Made by a program: the position numbers and the translations under genes. From Blastocystis sp. Blastoise (taxonomy: Eukaryota; Protista; Bigyra: Opalinata), in assembly GCA_039096225.1 (NCBI GenBank), contig JBBPEB010000006.1, positions 372,001 to 436,000 of the forward strand: a DNA stretch of 64,000 nt. Reading direction: 5' to 3'. The notes below the pieces were generated by a model. It searched no databases, was not told the origin of the DNA, and worked only from the letters and a program-made list of their open reading frames with translations. Below, piece after piece: positions 27,430 to 49,058 of this stretch (its first letter is position 1; each line of letters begins with the position of its first letter).

Positions 27430-30400
27430 CCACGGTTATTCATTATTTTGTGAATATATGTATAGTATATAATAGATTCATAACTTGATTTCTAGTAGTT
27501 TTTTTTAATTCCTTTTTTATCCTTCTTTTCCCTATATATATATATATAAATGTGTATATATAATTTTCATTTTATTTTATTTTTTTTGAATATTTTTTAG
27601 CCTCCTTTTTTTCTCTCTATATATATATATATGTCCTCAGTTTCCTGCCTTTAGTTGGTAGAATATATGAGTTTATTATAACTATCTCTTTTATTCCCCA
27701 ATATATATATATTTATATATATATATATTTTTTAATTAAATATTTTTGTTGTTCATTTTTATTCCTATAATACATATTTTCATATATTTCTACTCTCAAT
27801 ATTATTTATTATTTCACTCTTTTAGTTTCATTTTCATCATTATTATATATATATATATATATAATATATTTCTAATCAATATTCTATTCAATTCTTTATC
27901 TTATCTCCTTATCTTCCTCCTCTTCTTTATATATATATATATATAATATATATATATATTTATTCTCTTTCTCTCTCAGTATATATATATATATATATTT
28001 GTTACATATATATATATATATTATTTCTACTTCGATCTCTTGTATTCCCTCTTCTGAATCTATTTATGTGTATTTTTTTATGTATAAATTCTTATTTATT
28101 CCTATATCTATATTTTTCATTCTTTATTTTATTATATATTATCAAATTTTCATATGTATATATAATTATTTATTTTTAATATATTTTTATATCAATTTAT
28201 TTATTTATTTCTCTCTTTTTTCTCTCTCAATATATATATATATATATATAGTCTATTTTTATAATTATAAACTATTATTGAAGACGAAATATTCCTTTGT
28301 TTTCTTTATATTTATAGAATTATATAAATATATAGAATAGTGTTTATTGGAAATTTTTTTTGTTTTATTATATATATATATATATATAATAAAATCTCTG
28401 TTAATACTTAATACTGATATTTTTTTTTATATTATAAAAAGTAGTTTTTTAAAATGTTATTTATATATTAATAATTATCTACTATGCGTTATATATTTAC
28501 CTTTTAAATTTCCCTGGTTTAATTTCATTTCATATTATAATATATATATATATATATTTCTTTTTTTATTATTAATCATTTTTTTAAATTTATACTATTT
28601 ATCATTATTCTTTATATGTATATATATAAAGTTCTCTTATTTCATTATATTGGATATAACATATATTTTTGTTGATTTCCTTCTGTTTCTTTTATTTACT
28701 TATATATATACTCATTCTATATATATATATATATATAGTTTTGTGTGTCTCTTTTTATTTTTTGCTCTCAATTTTGTTTTAGTATATATATATAGCATCT
28801 ACTTATATTTTATTTGAAATAAAATATATATTTTTATATACTTTCTTTTTCATATTTACTGTATATATATATGTATATATATACAATTATTACTGTTTAT
28901 ATATTTTAATTTATTTTTAAGTTCCCTACGAATTATTTATAACTATTATATATATATATATATATTGTGGTATTTTTTATATTTTTATTGGTGATTTAAT
29001 ACTATATTTTTAATGAACTTTTTTTATAATTTATGTTTATATTTAACTACTGATATTAGTGTATATATATATATATATATATATCTATTATATTCACACT
29101 TGTTTCTTGTTATTATTGATATACTAAATATATATTATGATTTATATAATTGATTTCATATAAATTATATATATGTATATATATATCTTTTCGTTATTAT
29201 TCACTGTTATTATAAAAGTGTATTGAATTCCTGTTGTTTTATAATTATATTTCTCGTATTCACTCTGTATATTGTTTATATATATGTATACATATATATA
29301 TATGTCTATTTCTTTTGCTACTTACCGTTGTGTCTTGTGACTTGTATATTATTGTATGTGTATATATATATATATAATAATATATACCTTTTATTCTTTC
29401 TTTTTCACATTTATTATTCATCTATATATATATATTGTTATATCTCATAATATTACATTATTATTATTTATTTTCTTCTTCTATTTATATATATGTAAAA
29501 TTTTTATTTATAATACTTTCTATATTTTATTTTACTCTATTTATTTTATTTTATTTTACTATTATGTTATTTACACTTCCTCCTGTTATACCGAAACATA
29601 TTTCTTATTTATTAACAATAAACATTCTCTTCTCTTTTTTGTGATTTTTATTAAAATATTTTTTTTTTTCTTTTTTATTCCTTTAGAATTTCTATTTCTT
29701 CAGTGTTTATACTTACTTTTCGATTTTGTATTTCTATTATGATTCAACATAATGTTTATTTTTATATAGTTATTTTTATATATTTATATGATTTATATCA
29801 TTTTTTTGTTCCTTTATCTAATTCTCTTTCAAACTAATTTGTACATATATATTTATTACGTTAATTTTATCTAGCAAGATTTGTTGCTTATTTTAGTATT
29901 TATCACCTAAATATTCTTGTTTTTCTTTTACTTCTTTTTTTAACATTTTCACATAGTTTTGTTTATTGATTTTTACATAAATTCTATATGATTATTTCGT
30001 TTAATATATATATATAGGTATGTAATAATAAATAAACTCATATAACAATCTATTTCTCTTTTTTTCCAATTATGCTGCCAGTTTGTATATTATATTTTTA
30101 TAAAACAGTCTTTTTAAAGTACATTTTATTATTCTGGTAATAGTATTATTCTATTAATAAAAAAGACATTTCTTAATTCAAGTTGTTTATTATTAAAAAT
30201 AGTTTTATGCTTAAAAAGTATAATTAGTATGATATATAGAATTATTCAGTATTATACTATAAATAAATCTTAAAATAATAATTATAAAGAATGGCTATGA
30301 TTTATATAAGAAGAATTGATATATAAACAAATGTATATATATATTAGAAATATAAATTATATAGTATTCAATTTGATTTTTAATAAATAACAAAACATTA

Positions 30401-30642
30401 ATAAATTTGCACATTATAATTAATTAAAAGCTTTAATAAAATAAACACAGAGTAATTAATATATATATACATATATACATATATATATGAATAATAAATA
30501 AAAATAATTTACTTCATACATATAGATATAATGTAATAATAATTATAGATAGATGAATAATTTATATATAATATAGTATATCTATTTATACATAAATTTT
30601 CAATACAAAATATATAAATAAAGAAATCAAATTATAAATTCT

Positions 30643-38287
<7,645 letters not shown>

Positions 38288-39740
38288 TATTCTTCTAATA
38301 AAATACAATATGAAAAGTATTTATTTGAATAACAATTAGTATTTAAAATTTAGTACTCTAATCATAGAAATGGATTTTTATAATAAGTCAGTGCGACACC
38401 AATAAAATGTTGGTTAGAAAAAAATTCATTTCTGGGAAAAAAATGAATAACTGGGATTTTGTTCCAAAAAACATAAAAATTCATTTTGTTTGAAAGAAAC
38501 CCTCCGTTAGAAAAAGAAGAACCACAACCAATAGGAAATAGAGCCACTCCTAATATATATATGCTCCAATATTTTAGTAAAAGATTCATGATTTTTTTTG
38601 TCAAATAGAAGTAAACAATAAAAGTTTTCAATTACTAAAGGTACCTTACTAAAAAATATTATTGCTAAAAATCTGTTTTAGTAACTGTATTATTTAGCAG
38701 ATTTATAATCTCATGAAAAATAAAGTAAGTTTATTGTGTCTATGTGAAATGAATACCTTTAACGAATTAAGAACTGAATTCCATAGATGATTATACAAGT
38801 CAATTAGTGACCTTATGATTTAGTCTCAAAGGATACTTTATAATGTATATTTATTTGATACAGCTTTAACGAATGGAAGATATATTTATATCTATGAAGA
38901 ACCATTTTAAAGCTGTTTTTTTTGTTGAATTAAACTCTTTTTTTTTTTTGCTAAAAGTATCAAAAGCTTGACGTTATCTTCGTTTCTGGATAATACACAT
39001 AGTGAATATAAAATTATGTTTTTTAAAATGAGATTTTTAAAAAGATTCTCTTTTAGACATGGACAATAATTCTCGTTAAGAGTAAGTACTAATATCATAT
39101 ATATTAATGATATGACAGAGCCATCTTGATCTTATAACTAAACAGCAGCCAACAAAAAGAAAACACTAAAAAAAAGTGAAGACGATTTTTTTATCATAAA
39201 GTAATTATTGCTATTTTTTTTTCTCGGTTTATATATATATATAGAGTATGAAACTGTTCATCGAAACAAAATGGCAAAAAATAGAATATATCAACATTCG
39301 ATACACATAAGCGTGACATAGTATCACACTTATACATAAGAGAGTATCGACAAAAGGAATATAATATGTAATAAAGGAGAAAAAAGAGTTTAAATAAATC
39401 AAAAAGAGAATGTAGATCACTTTTAAAAATATCGAAAATGACTGTAAATTTCGAAAAAACAGTGAAACTACACCAGTAATTTGAATTTTCCAATCAAAAT
39501 GAGTCTCGTATGAAACCATGTTTTTTATCTGAAGGAGACTATAGCCGAGTGAAACATGGGGATTTTGAAATTTCACCAGAGACAGTATTGATATTCGTGG
39601 AAGAACAAATCCATTCATTACCTATGTTTGATGAGTTCATCGTAAATTTCGTTTTTATACAGTTGTATTGATTTAAGGAATACTCGTGTAGTTCCACATT
39701 TGTCAATTGCATTGTTTTAATATATATATATAATTCTAAC

Positions 39741-41435
39741 ATGAATACTCCCCCTTCTCCTCAAGCTCAGAATCCTCAACCTAAAGAGAGTACATCAAAC
39801 AGCGTATCTGTAACTCCTCGTGCAAAGAATGATAAACAGACTTCAGAAACTGAATTAGAAGCCTTAATGGAAACTTTTCAAATTAACGATATGTATCATC
39901 AAAATAAAGTATGATTATACTTATATACAATATAATTTCTTGTTTTTTATAGGATGGTGCTCGTAGTTCGTCTTGTATATATATAGATTTCTTTTTTTGC
40001 TTGTTTTCTATGTTGCTTCACTTATGTTTAAAGCATATTGTTGTTCTACTGAATTATTATATTTATTATTGTTGGGAATTTTTTTTTATTTTGAATAATT
40101 TAAAAAACTTTTTTTGAATTTTTTTCGTTTAAATAATTTATTTTTTCTCTGTATATAGTTACTGAACGCCGTGTACCTACAGGTCGTGCTGCTTCTATTT
40201 CTGAAGCTAAATATCCTTATGAAATGGATGAGAAATATGATAATTTTAATACTTATCAAAATCTTCCTCCCCGTGGTTATCCTTCCAATGATTATGATGT
40301 TCCTCAAGTATCTATGAATCAACAAGCTCCTTATAATGGTGGTAATTATAATTATCCTAATGATATGATGTATCAAAATATGCCTGGTATGTTTTTATAT
40401 TATTATTGTTATTTTATTTATATTATTATTTCTTTATTATATTTATATTATTATTTCTTTATTATATTTATATTATTATTTTTTTTATTTTAATATATTA
40501 TTATAGTTATTATAATTATATTATTTAAACTAATATAATAAAATTTTCTTCTTTTAACTCTACATAATAAAAAATAAATTTATACTCTACTATTCTTATT
40601 CTATAGATAATTATGGTCGTTCTTACCATATGCCTTCAAATACTCCTCCCATGAAAAGTTATAGTAAGCCTGTTTCAATGAATAATAAAATGAATTCTTA
40701 TGGTGTTCCTAATAATAATGGTCCTATGTCTAATCAACCTATGTCATCTGTATCAGGTGATTTTGGACATAATCCTAAATTACCTCGTGTTGCTAAATCT
40801 GCTTTATATAAAACACGTAAATGTCGTAATTATGATGCTACTGGATTCTGTCGCTATGGTGATTTATGTCAATTTGCTCATGGAGATAAAGAATTACGTG
40901 CTGAATATACACCTCATATTGCTCCTTCTGAACCTCAACCTGCTATGTATCCTCCTTCTAGAAACATGTATCCTAGAGATATACAACAAAATGAATAGTA
41001 TATATATATAGTTACTTATTATTTATAAAATTATTATTATTATGTTTATTATTAAAATTATTTTTATTTATAAAATTATTATATCTATTATTATATCTAT
41101 TATATTTATTATTATATAGTATGATGCCTAGACAGAATCAAGATATGGATGATATGAATTCTTCTTCTGTTCCTTTTCCTGTAATTGCTGAAGACTCTAT
41201 GCCTATGTATAATCAATATTCAGGTACTTCTCATAGTAATATTGGAAGAGCTTCGACTGTAACTGATGTTGATGCTCTTTATAATAATCAAAGAATGAAT
41301 AATTATAGAACTGCTAGTAGTATATATAATATGGACCAAGTAGGTAAACAATCAAGAAGTCAAAGTTCAAATGATTTAATTACATCATTAAATATTGATT
41401 ATCATGATGTAGATATTAATAAAAATAGTAAATAA
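39741..41435 (+). CDS. CCCH zinc-finger RNA-binding protein (TIS11/TTP-type finger), 5 exons
   Basis: LYKTRKCRNYDATGFCRYGDLCQFAHG (C-x8-C-x5-C-x3-H with KT lead-in) in a low-complexity N/M/P/Q protein; GT-AG exons join in frame. Confidence 0.85.
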
Positions 41436-42476
41436 AGTTTTATAGGGATAAATAGAATTCGTTTTACGTAATTTATTACTCAATCTATCTTAACATATAT
41501 AATATCATTAACTTTATATATATATTAATATATATTTTTTTTTATTTTCTACATTCTTCTTTATTATCAGTATTATTGTTATTTTACTTAATTAGTACAA
41601 TCTTCTGAATCTACTCTTGTATCAGTTATCCTTTTTTTTTTTTATTATTATAATTCAGTTTATAATCATTTTTATTTACTTTTTTAAATATTATCTATTA
41701 TAATTAATTGTTTTAATTACGCCTCTTATTATCTGATTCTCTTATTATGTTCAAATTTTTATTTTAGTTTTTTTTTTTTTTTTTTATAAAATAATGCGTC
41801 GTCTTGTTTGGTCTACTCTATTAAATTATACATATTTTTATAATCATCAATTATTATTCATACATTTTCTTATACTATTTCCATCTTTATTGTTATGTAT
41901 AATAATTAAATCAATATTTATTATGTTCATCTTTTTTCTCTTTCTTTTTATTTTCTTATCCTATGTATTTGTTTTCCCTCTCCTTAACTCATTTTGATAT
42001 TATTCAATATTTCCGAAACATTTCTTATTCTATATATCTTTTTGATATTGTTTGTAGCTAAAAGATGTGTATTTAATTTATAGGCCAGTGTATATAGATA
42101 ATCATTTTTTATATTCTTGTTGTTGTTATGTATTTTTATGTTTCATTTAACTTTTTTTTCCATCATTTTCTATTTTTATAATGTTTATTTCATTTTTACC
42201 TCCTACCAATTACATTTACAAGTTACATCATATATTATACATATTATTGTTAAGAGTCGTTAATGAAAACGATCATCAAGTCATTTTTTATATGAAAAGT
42301 AGGTATTGTATTGAGATTTGTTGAATAGAAGATTATCTCTTACCTTTAGAAGACAAATAATATTAAAACAATATTTTTATAATTAAAAAATCTTCGTTTA
42401 GTTTGGTGTTTAGATTCTGGAAAATGAAATGAGAAACATCTTTTTTACAAATTTTTATCTTTTGAATATTAATATA

Positions 42477-43909
42477 ATGTTTTTGAATAATTGTAGTAAA
42501 AATGTTTTCAAATCAATCAAAGGAGTTATTTTTGATATGGATGGTACATTAACTACTCCTGGTATAGCATACATTATTCTATTAATTGGAGAAACTAATT
42601 ATTTATATCTATATAATTGACTTAATAATCATGTACTTTCAATATAGGATGTATTAATTTTAAAAGGATGAGGGAAAAAGCTGGTATTCCTAAAGGTGTT
42701 GATATTTTTCCTTATGTAATGAATCAAATGACTGGACCAGCCCAAGAAAACGCTATTCGTGTTGTCTTGTATGATTCTTTTTCTTTCAGTTTTCTTTTTT
42801 TTCTAAATAATTCTATTTTTTTTTCTCTAGAGAAGAAGAGGAAATAGGTGTGCAATCATCACAGTTGCAAAAAGGTATTTGAATAATCTGTTTTTATTTT
42901 TTGAAAATCATATCGTCGATATTGTTTTATCTAGATACGAATAATTTAATTACTTTTTTGAATAATCAAGGTATATATATATGTAATATATATATGTTTT
43001 TATGTTAAATAAACATTTAGAGATATTGGTTAGTAATAATTATTTGATTTTTAATATTCTAATATTTATTTGATTTTTAATATTATAATTATTATTTGAT
43101 TTTTAATATTCTAATAATTATTTGATTTTTAATATTCTAATAATTATTTGATTTTTAATATTATAATAATTATTTGATTTTTAATATAATAATTATTTGA
43201 TTTTTAATAGTATAATAATTATTTGATTTTTTAATATTATAATAATTATTTGATTTTTTAATATTCTAAAATTGTTTCATAAATAATATATATATTCATA
43301 TAGGAATTAAAGTTGGTATTTTAACAAGAAATAGTAAGGAAGTTGTTGATCGAATTATGCCGATGTTTAGTGGTCAAATAGACACTGTTATTTCTAGAGA
43401 ATTTCAACCTTCTAAACCAAATCCAGATCCTATTCTATATATTAATAAAGTATAAATAGAATATAGTATATAGTATATGTATATGACTCTCATAATACAG
43501 TTTTAATAAACATAATAATATATATATTTAAATTTTTTTAGTTATGGAATACAGATTTATCAAATTTATTGCTAGTTGGTGATTGCATCGATGATATTAT
43601 ACCCTCTCTATGTACATATTATTCTATTTATATAAAATGACATTAATAAATATTATTTTTATTATTATACTTATTATTTTTTTCAATAAATTATAATTGA
43701 TTTCTTTAGATACTCATTCCTATTCTTGTTTTGTAAATTCACATTTTTCTGGTGAAGAACAAGATTGTAAATTATTACTTTCTAAATGTCAACAAAAACC
43801 AAATTATATTCTTGAAGAACTAAAATCAACATCTTTCTTTTGTCCACATATTACTGTTTCCAATATATCTGAACTTTATCAAGAATGGATCTCTTCTTTT
43901 CAACAATAA
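42477..43909 (+). CDS. HAD-superfamily hydrolase/phosphatase, 7 exons
   Basis: Motif I VIFDMDGTLT, motif II ILTRNS, motif III KPNPDPI, motif IV VGDCIDD. Confidence 0.88.
43034..43268. repeat. Intronic minisatellite, unit about 26 bp (TAATAATTATTTGATTTTTAATATTC/A), about 9 copies
   Basis: Core TTATTTGATTTTTAA recurs at about 26-bp spacing within a HAD gene intron. Confidence 0.9.
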
Positions 43910-44899
43910 TATTATTATACTTTTTTTAAGGTATTGATCTTTTTAACTCTCTTTGAAAGTGTTATTCATCTTTCTTATTTGCTTGTAATTTTTATATCAT
44001 TGTATTATATATATATATATATTATGTTTTCTAATTCTTGTTATTACGGTTTCAATTGTGTAAATTTTTCATTATTATCTTGTTAGAACTTAAAAAATAT
44101 ACGTTTATAACTCATTCATACATATTACATTCATTTATTCGTTATTCATAATATTTATGTTATTACTAAAAGTTCTCAATTAATATTATTTTAAATTACA
44201 TATAATATATCTTGCTTATTAATACTCTTACATATATCGGTAATAATTTTATCACATAAAAAACATAATTACAGTTAATTAATTTGAATATTTGTTTAAT
44301 AATGACCTATCTTATTAATATTATGCATCCCCTTAATTATCAGCTAGACATAAAACATTCTATTATTCATAACAAGTGAATATTCAACAAGAAATAGGGA
44401 ATTAAAGAAAACTTCAAGCTCAAAAGGAAACTGGTTCTATTTTTCTTTAGCGAAATCTATAGAAGCATTTACCATGAAAACGACATTCTCCATTATTTGT
44501 TTTAGGAATTGGGTAGGAATGAAAACTGTTGTACTGAGAAAATAAATCCTTAAATCGAGAAGATGATTGGTAGTTGTGAATCCATTTTATTCAAAAACGT
44601 CATTTGTGTGTAGTAGAATTCTAATCGATGTAAATCAGTGATGGAATGACGTTGAACTGTATACAAGTGAAATTTTTATTTTCGACTCTTATTGTTTCTC
44701 TTCCCCAATAAAATAGTAGTGAATTTTTTTTTGGAAATATTAAAAATTGCACTTGCAATGAGAAATTAGAAAGTATTTTTTAATTTTTCTACAAAAATTT
44801 ATTGTTTCATTGAATGTTACAATTCTCATCCATATTAAGGAGAGGTACTAAATTTCAACACGGGCATTTATTTGAAACAGGCTGTCAAAATCACGATAT

Positions 44900-46447
44900 A
44901 TGATGTCTTACCAATATACAGATTTACCTATTACTGTCAATTCTGAAAATGTAAAGTATTCTCCTAGTGAGATTACTTCTGAATATGTCTACGATAAGAC
45001 TGTTGTAGTCAATGAGAATAACACCCTTGTTGTCAAGCCCGTCGCTGAAAAGTATACTTTCAAAACTCAACGTACTGTTCCTAAAACTGGTCTTTTACTT
45101 ATTGGTTGGGGTGGTAATAATGGTACTACCGTTACTGCTGGTATTCTTGCTAATAAGCATAAGGTTACTTGGGAAACTAAGAGAGGTACTAAAGACGCTA
45201 ACTATTATGGTTCTCTCATTCAGTCTTCTACTGTTAGACTTGGTGCTGGTGAACATGGAGATATCTTTGTTCCCCTTAAGAACCTTGTTCCTTTTGTTAA
45301 TCCTAACGATTTAGTTATTGGTGGTTGGGATATTAATAATATGAACATGGCTGATGCCTTAAAAAGAGCTGCTGTTTATGATTACACCTTCCAACAACAA
45401 GTTGCTCCTTATATGAAGGATATGGTTCCTATGCCTTCTATTTATTATCCTGATTATATTGCTGCTAATCAATGTGATCGTGCTAATAACTTAATTCCTG
45501 GTGATGATAAACAAGTTCATTTAGATACTATTCGTAAGAATATTAGAGATTTCAAGAAAAATAATAATTTAGATAAAGTTATTGTTTTATGGACTGCTAA
45601 TACTGAACGTTATTCTGATGTTATTGAAGGTATCAATGATACTGCTGAAAATATCTTAAAGGCTATTAAGAATAGTGAAAAAGAAGTTGCTCCTTCTAAT
45701 GTTTTTGCTACTGCTTGTATTCTTGAACATACTACTTTTATTAATGGTTCTCCTCAAAATACTCTTCTTCCTGGTATTATTGAATTAGCTGAACGTGAAG
45801 GTACATTCATTGCTGGTAATGATTTCAAGTCTGGTCAAACTAAGATGAAATCTGTATTAGCTGAATATCTTATTGATGCTGGTATTAAACCTGTTTCTAT
45901 TGCTTCTTATAATCATCTTGGTAACAATGATGGTAAGAATTTATCTTCTCCTATGCAATTTAGATCTAAGGAAATTTCTAAATCTGGAGTTGTTGAAGAT
46001 ATGGTTGAATCTAATGGTATCTTATATAAAAATGGTGAAAAACCTGATCATTTAATTGTTATTAAGTATATTCCTTATGTTGGTGATTCTAAGAGAGCTA
46101 TTGATGAATATACTTCTGAAATTTTCTGTCATGGTATTAATACTATTTCTATGCATAATGTCTGTGAAGATTCTTTACTTGCTGCTCCTCTTATGATTGA
46201 TTTAGTTGTTCTTGCTGAAATGTGTGAACGTATTTCTTTCTCTTATGAAGGTAGTAAGGGATATGAACATTTTGATTCTGTCCTTTCTATTCTTTCTTAT
46301 TTAACTAAAGCTCCTGCTGTCCCTGTTGGTACTCCTATTGTTAATGGTTTAAGTAAACAACGTGCTTGTATTGTTAACTTCTTAAGAGCTTGTATTGGTC
46401 TTAAACCTGAAAATAATATGTTATTTGAATATAAATTAAGACATTAA
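44900..46447 (+). CDS. INO1: Inositol-3-phosphate synthase (MIPS), intronless
   Basis: [35 protein letters not shown] and CEDSLLAAP signature motifs. Confidence 0.97.
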   Translation: MMSYQYTDLPITVNSENVKYSPSEITSEYVYDKTVVVNENNTLVVKPVAEKYTFKTQRTVPKTGLLLIGWGGNNGTTVTAGILANKHKVTWETKRGTKDANYYGSLIQSSTVRLGAGEHGDIFVPLKNLVPFVNPNDLVIGGWDINNMNMADALKRAAVYDYTFQQQVAPYMKDMVPMPSIYYPDYIAANQCDRANNLIPGDDKQVHLDTIRKNIRDFKKNNNLDKVIVLWTANTERYSDVIEGINDTAENILKAIKNSEKEVAPSNVFATACILEHTTFINGSPQNTLLPGIIELAEREGTFIAGNDFKSGQTKMKSVLAEYLIDAGIKPVSIASYNHLGNNDGKNLSSPMQFRSKEISKSGVVEDMVESNGILYKNGEKPDHLIVIKYIPYVGDSKRAIDEYTSEIFCHGINTISMHNVCEDSLLAAPLMIDLVVLAEMCERISFSYEGSKGYEHFDSVLSILSYLTKAPAVPVGTPIVNGLSKQRACIVNFLRACIGLKPENNMLFEYKLRH

Positions 46448-46786
46448 ATTGATTTTTTTTTTAAATTAATTTTTTTATTTTATATTTTATTTATTAATAA
46501 TCATATTTTATTTTATTTTTGTTTAGTTGTTACTTTTATCATTTGAAATGTAAAAGAGTAATAAAATAGTTTATTTTGTCAATCATATGCTCTAAAAGGT
46601 CGAAAGTGCCTAATAATTAATTATTTGGTTATTAAACAAATATATATATATAAAGTTGTTCAAAAAATGTATTATATTAAAAAGAAACTACAAAAAAAAA
46701 TGTTTATAATAAAACAAAACTATTCAATACTTTATAAAACTAATATATTTTCATTTGAATGATTATTTTAATAATAAATTAATAAA

Positions 46787-47632
46787 TTATAATTCAGATT
46801 GTTCTTTAGCGAATTCTAAACAACCTTTAATAACCATTCTTTTCAAATCTTTGGGAGGTTCAAAACGAACACATTTCCAATTATAAGAAACAGAATGTTT
46901 TTCAGCTACTTGTAAAGCTTTTTCCATATATCCAGGATAAGTAGTCGTAGAACCACCAAATATAATAACTTCAGGATTTAACATATTAATAATCATAGCT
47001 AAGGTTAAACCACAATATAATCCACCATCATTTAATACTTTCAATGCTTTTTCATCTTTTTCTTTAATCAATTTAATAAAAGTTTCAGCATCACAACCCA
47101 TCTTAGTTAACATAGAAATACCAGTCAAATAATTATCACAAGTTTCTATTTGATCCTCACCCTTACCTGTAAAGAAAGGAGTAAATCCAGGTTCACCAGA
47201 CCAACCTTTAGCACCCATTATATAAGTTCCATTCATTCTCATACCCATACCTATACCTGTACCTACCATAACAACAGCAACAGAAACTTCCTTAGGATAT
47301 TGAGAAGCTTCATAATAAGTAGCTGCTTTACAATCATTAATAAAATGACATTTATAATTCTCAGTACTAAACATATCTTCAGTAATACCTTCAATATTAC
47401 GAACATCAGAAGCATAAACTAATTCACCATGATCTATATAACCAGGAACAGCAACACCAACATGATCAGGTTTAAATGGAAGATTATCTAAATATTCATG
47501 AATATCCTTAGTAATTGAAGCAGGAGTAGCTGTAGGACCAGTTAAAACTCGTTTCTCAAGGATTTCACCATTCCATTCAGCATACATTAACATCTTTGTA
47601 CCACCTATATCAATAGCAGCAAAATTAGGCAT
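46787..47632 (-). CDS. ROK-family sugar kinase, intronless, bacterial-like
   Basis: AIDIGGTK, FINDCKAA, VGTGIGMG, GWSGEPG and NMLNPEVIIFGGS ROK motifs. Confidence 0.9.
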   Translation of the reverse strand: MPNFAAIDIGGTKMLMYAEWNGEILEKRVLTGPTATPASITKDIHEYLDNLPFKPDHVGVAVPGYIDHGELVYASDVRNIEGITEDMFSTENYKCHFINDCKAATYYEASQYPKEVSVAVVMVGTGIGMGMRMNGTYIMGAKGWSGEPGFTPFFTGKGEDQIETCDNYLTGISMLTKMGCDAETFIKLIKEKDEKALKVLNDGGLYCGLTLAMIINMLNPEVIIFGGSTTTYPGYMEKALQVAEKHSVSYNWKCVRFEPPKDLKRMVIKGCLEFAKEQSEL

Positions 47633-48130
47633 TCTTAATTAAACAAAAAAGTAAAACAGTTAACTTTAAAAATTGTCAACGGCGACAATAGAGAACAAAA
47701 TATTTTATTTGATATTTCATTTTATAGTTGGAATTGCATTTCTTTGAAGTAATGTGAATAGGAACAGAAGTTCATCTTCTTTTACTATTATTTCTGGTTA
47801 TTTCCATATTTAAAGGCAAATCATTGATTACTTTTATGGTTCTTATCTTCAAAAAAAATATTTTTCCTTTTTTCTCTTTGTTTTGATTGTATATGTAATA
47901 ATGAATTGCTGATATTCATTATGAGCTTAACAAGCAATACTAAACTTTATATATTGTTATATCTCTACAATAAATGAACAAATATCTTTTAATATCATAT
48001 TATTTAACAATTTATTTCCATATTGTATTGGTTCATTCATAAAACAAATAAAACAAACATGATACATTTTTTATGCTAATCAATGAAATTAAAAAAAAAC
48101 ATATCTTTAAAAATAAAATAATTAAAAATT

Positions 48131-48201
48131 TGCACCAGCCGGGAATCGAACCCGGGTCTGTTCCGTGGCAGGGAACTATCTTACCACTGGACCACTGGTG
48201 C
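48131..48201 (-). tRNA. tRNA-Gly (anticodon GCC)
   Basis: Reverse complement GCACCAG TGGTCCAGTGGTAAGATA GTTCC CT-GCC-AC GGAAC AGAC CCGGG TTCGATT CCCGG CTGGTGC A folds as a cloverleaf. Confidence 0.96.
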
Positions 48202-49058
48202 ATGAAATTTGTTTGCTTTGTCGACTACTAAAGATAGACAAACGCATAGATTTATGGAATTGTTTTTATTTATAATTGATTCAAATTAAATTCTTTTCTT
48301 AAGATATTTATCTTTATAACATCTTTCTCACACTCCGATTAAAAACAGCGTGATTTAAACTATTATATTTAGTAAAATAAATGATTATTCGATCTCTAAC
48401 TGTAGACAAACATTCAAAAGCTATTCATGACAGCTATTCATTTAATACTATATAATAGATATCATAATAATAAAGAAACTTCACTATATTATGTATTTAA
48501 ATAATCATTAATAGCGATAAAATAATAATATGTATCTAATTCAGAATTAGTTTAAAATGTATAAAATCAATAATAATAATAATAATTAAAAAAACACATA
48601 TTTAATAAACCTATATCTATTTAAATTTTTTCGTCTTTATATCTTTTCTTTTCCCCACACAAAAAAAAATAGAAAAAAAAATCGAGAAGACGAGATTATA
48701 GAGATACTTTTGTGACTCAAGTCCCTAAAACAGTGGAAGCAACATATGTCATAGTTCCACACATATAAAAAGAGATCCTTCAATATTGATGACGCACTTT
48801 TTTGTTGATGATGATTAAAGAAAAGAATAACATGTTCTTTCATGAGGAGTATCGTCATAGAACAATATTCAATTTATTGGCTGTTCATATACAAAAAAGC
48901 TTATATAATAATTGAGTTCACTTTGAGATTGGTTTTATAAATGATGAAGGGTTTGACGGACACTTCATCATCTGTGTTACATCGTCGTCATAGACTCCTT
49001 TTCTCGTTTTTTTAATCTTCTTTTTACGAACATTTTTATTTTGTTTTTCTATTTAAAA

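Noticed and set aside
27746-29742. Several hydrophobic F/I/Y/L ORFs that look like membrane proteins
   Set aside because: Low-complexity T-rich sequence depleted of stops by composition; no motifs and no exon-like GC content.
43034-43268. Regularly spaced repeats suggesting a CRISPR array
   Set aside because: Tandem units with no unique spacers, inside a spliceosomal intron; an ordinary minisatellite.
44837-44845. AAGGAGAGG Shine-Dalgarno-like sequence before INO1
   Set aside because: About 55 nt from the ATG, in a eukaryotic context, and INO1 is the 515-aa eukaryotic type.
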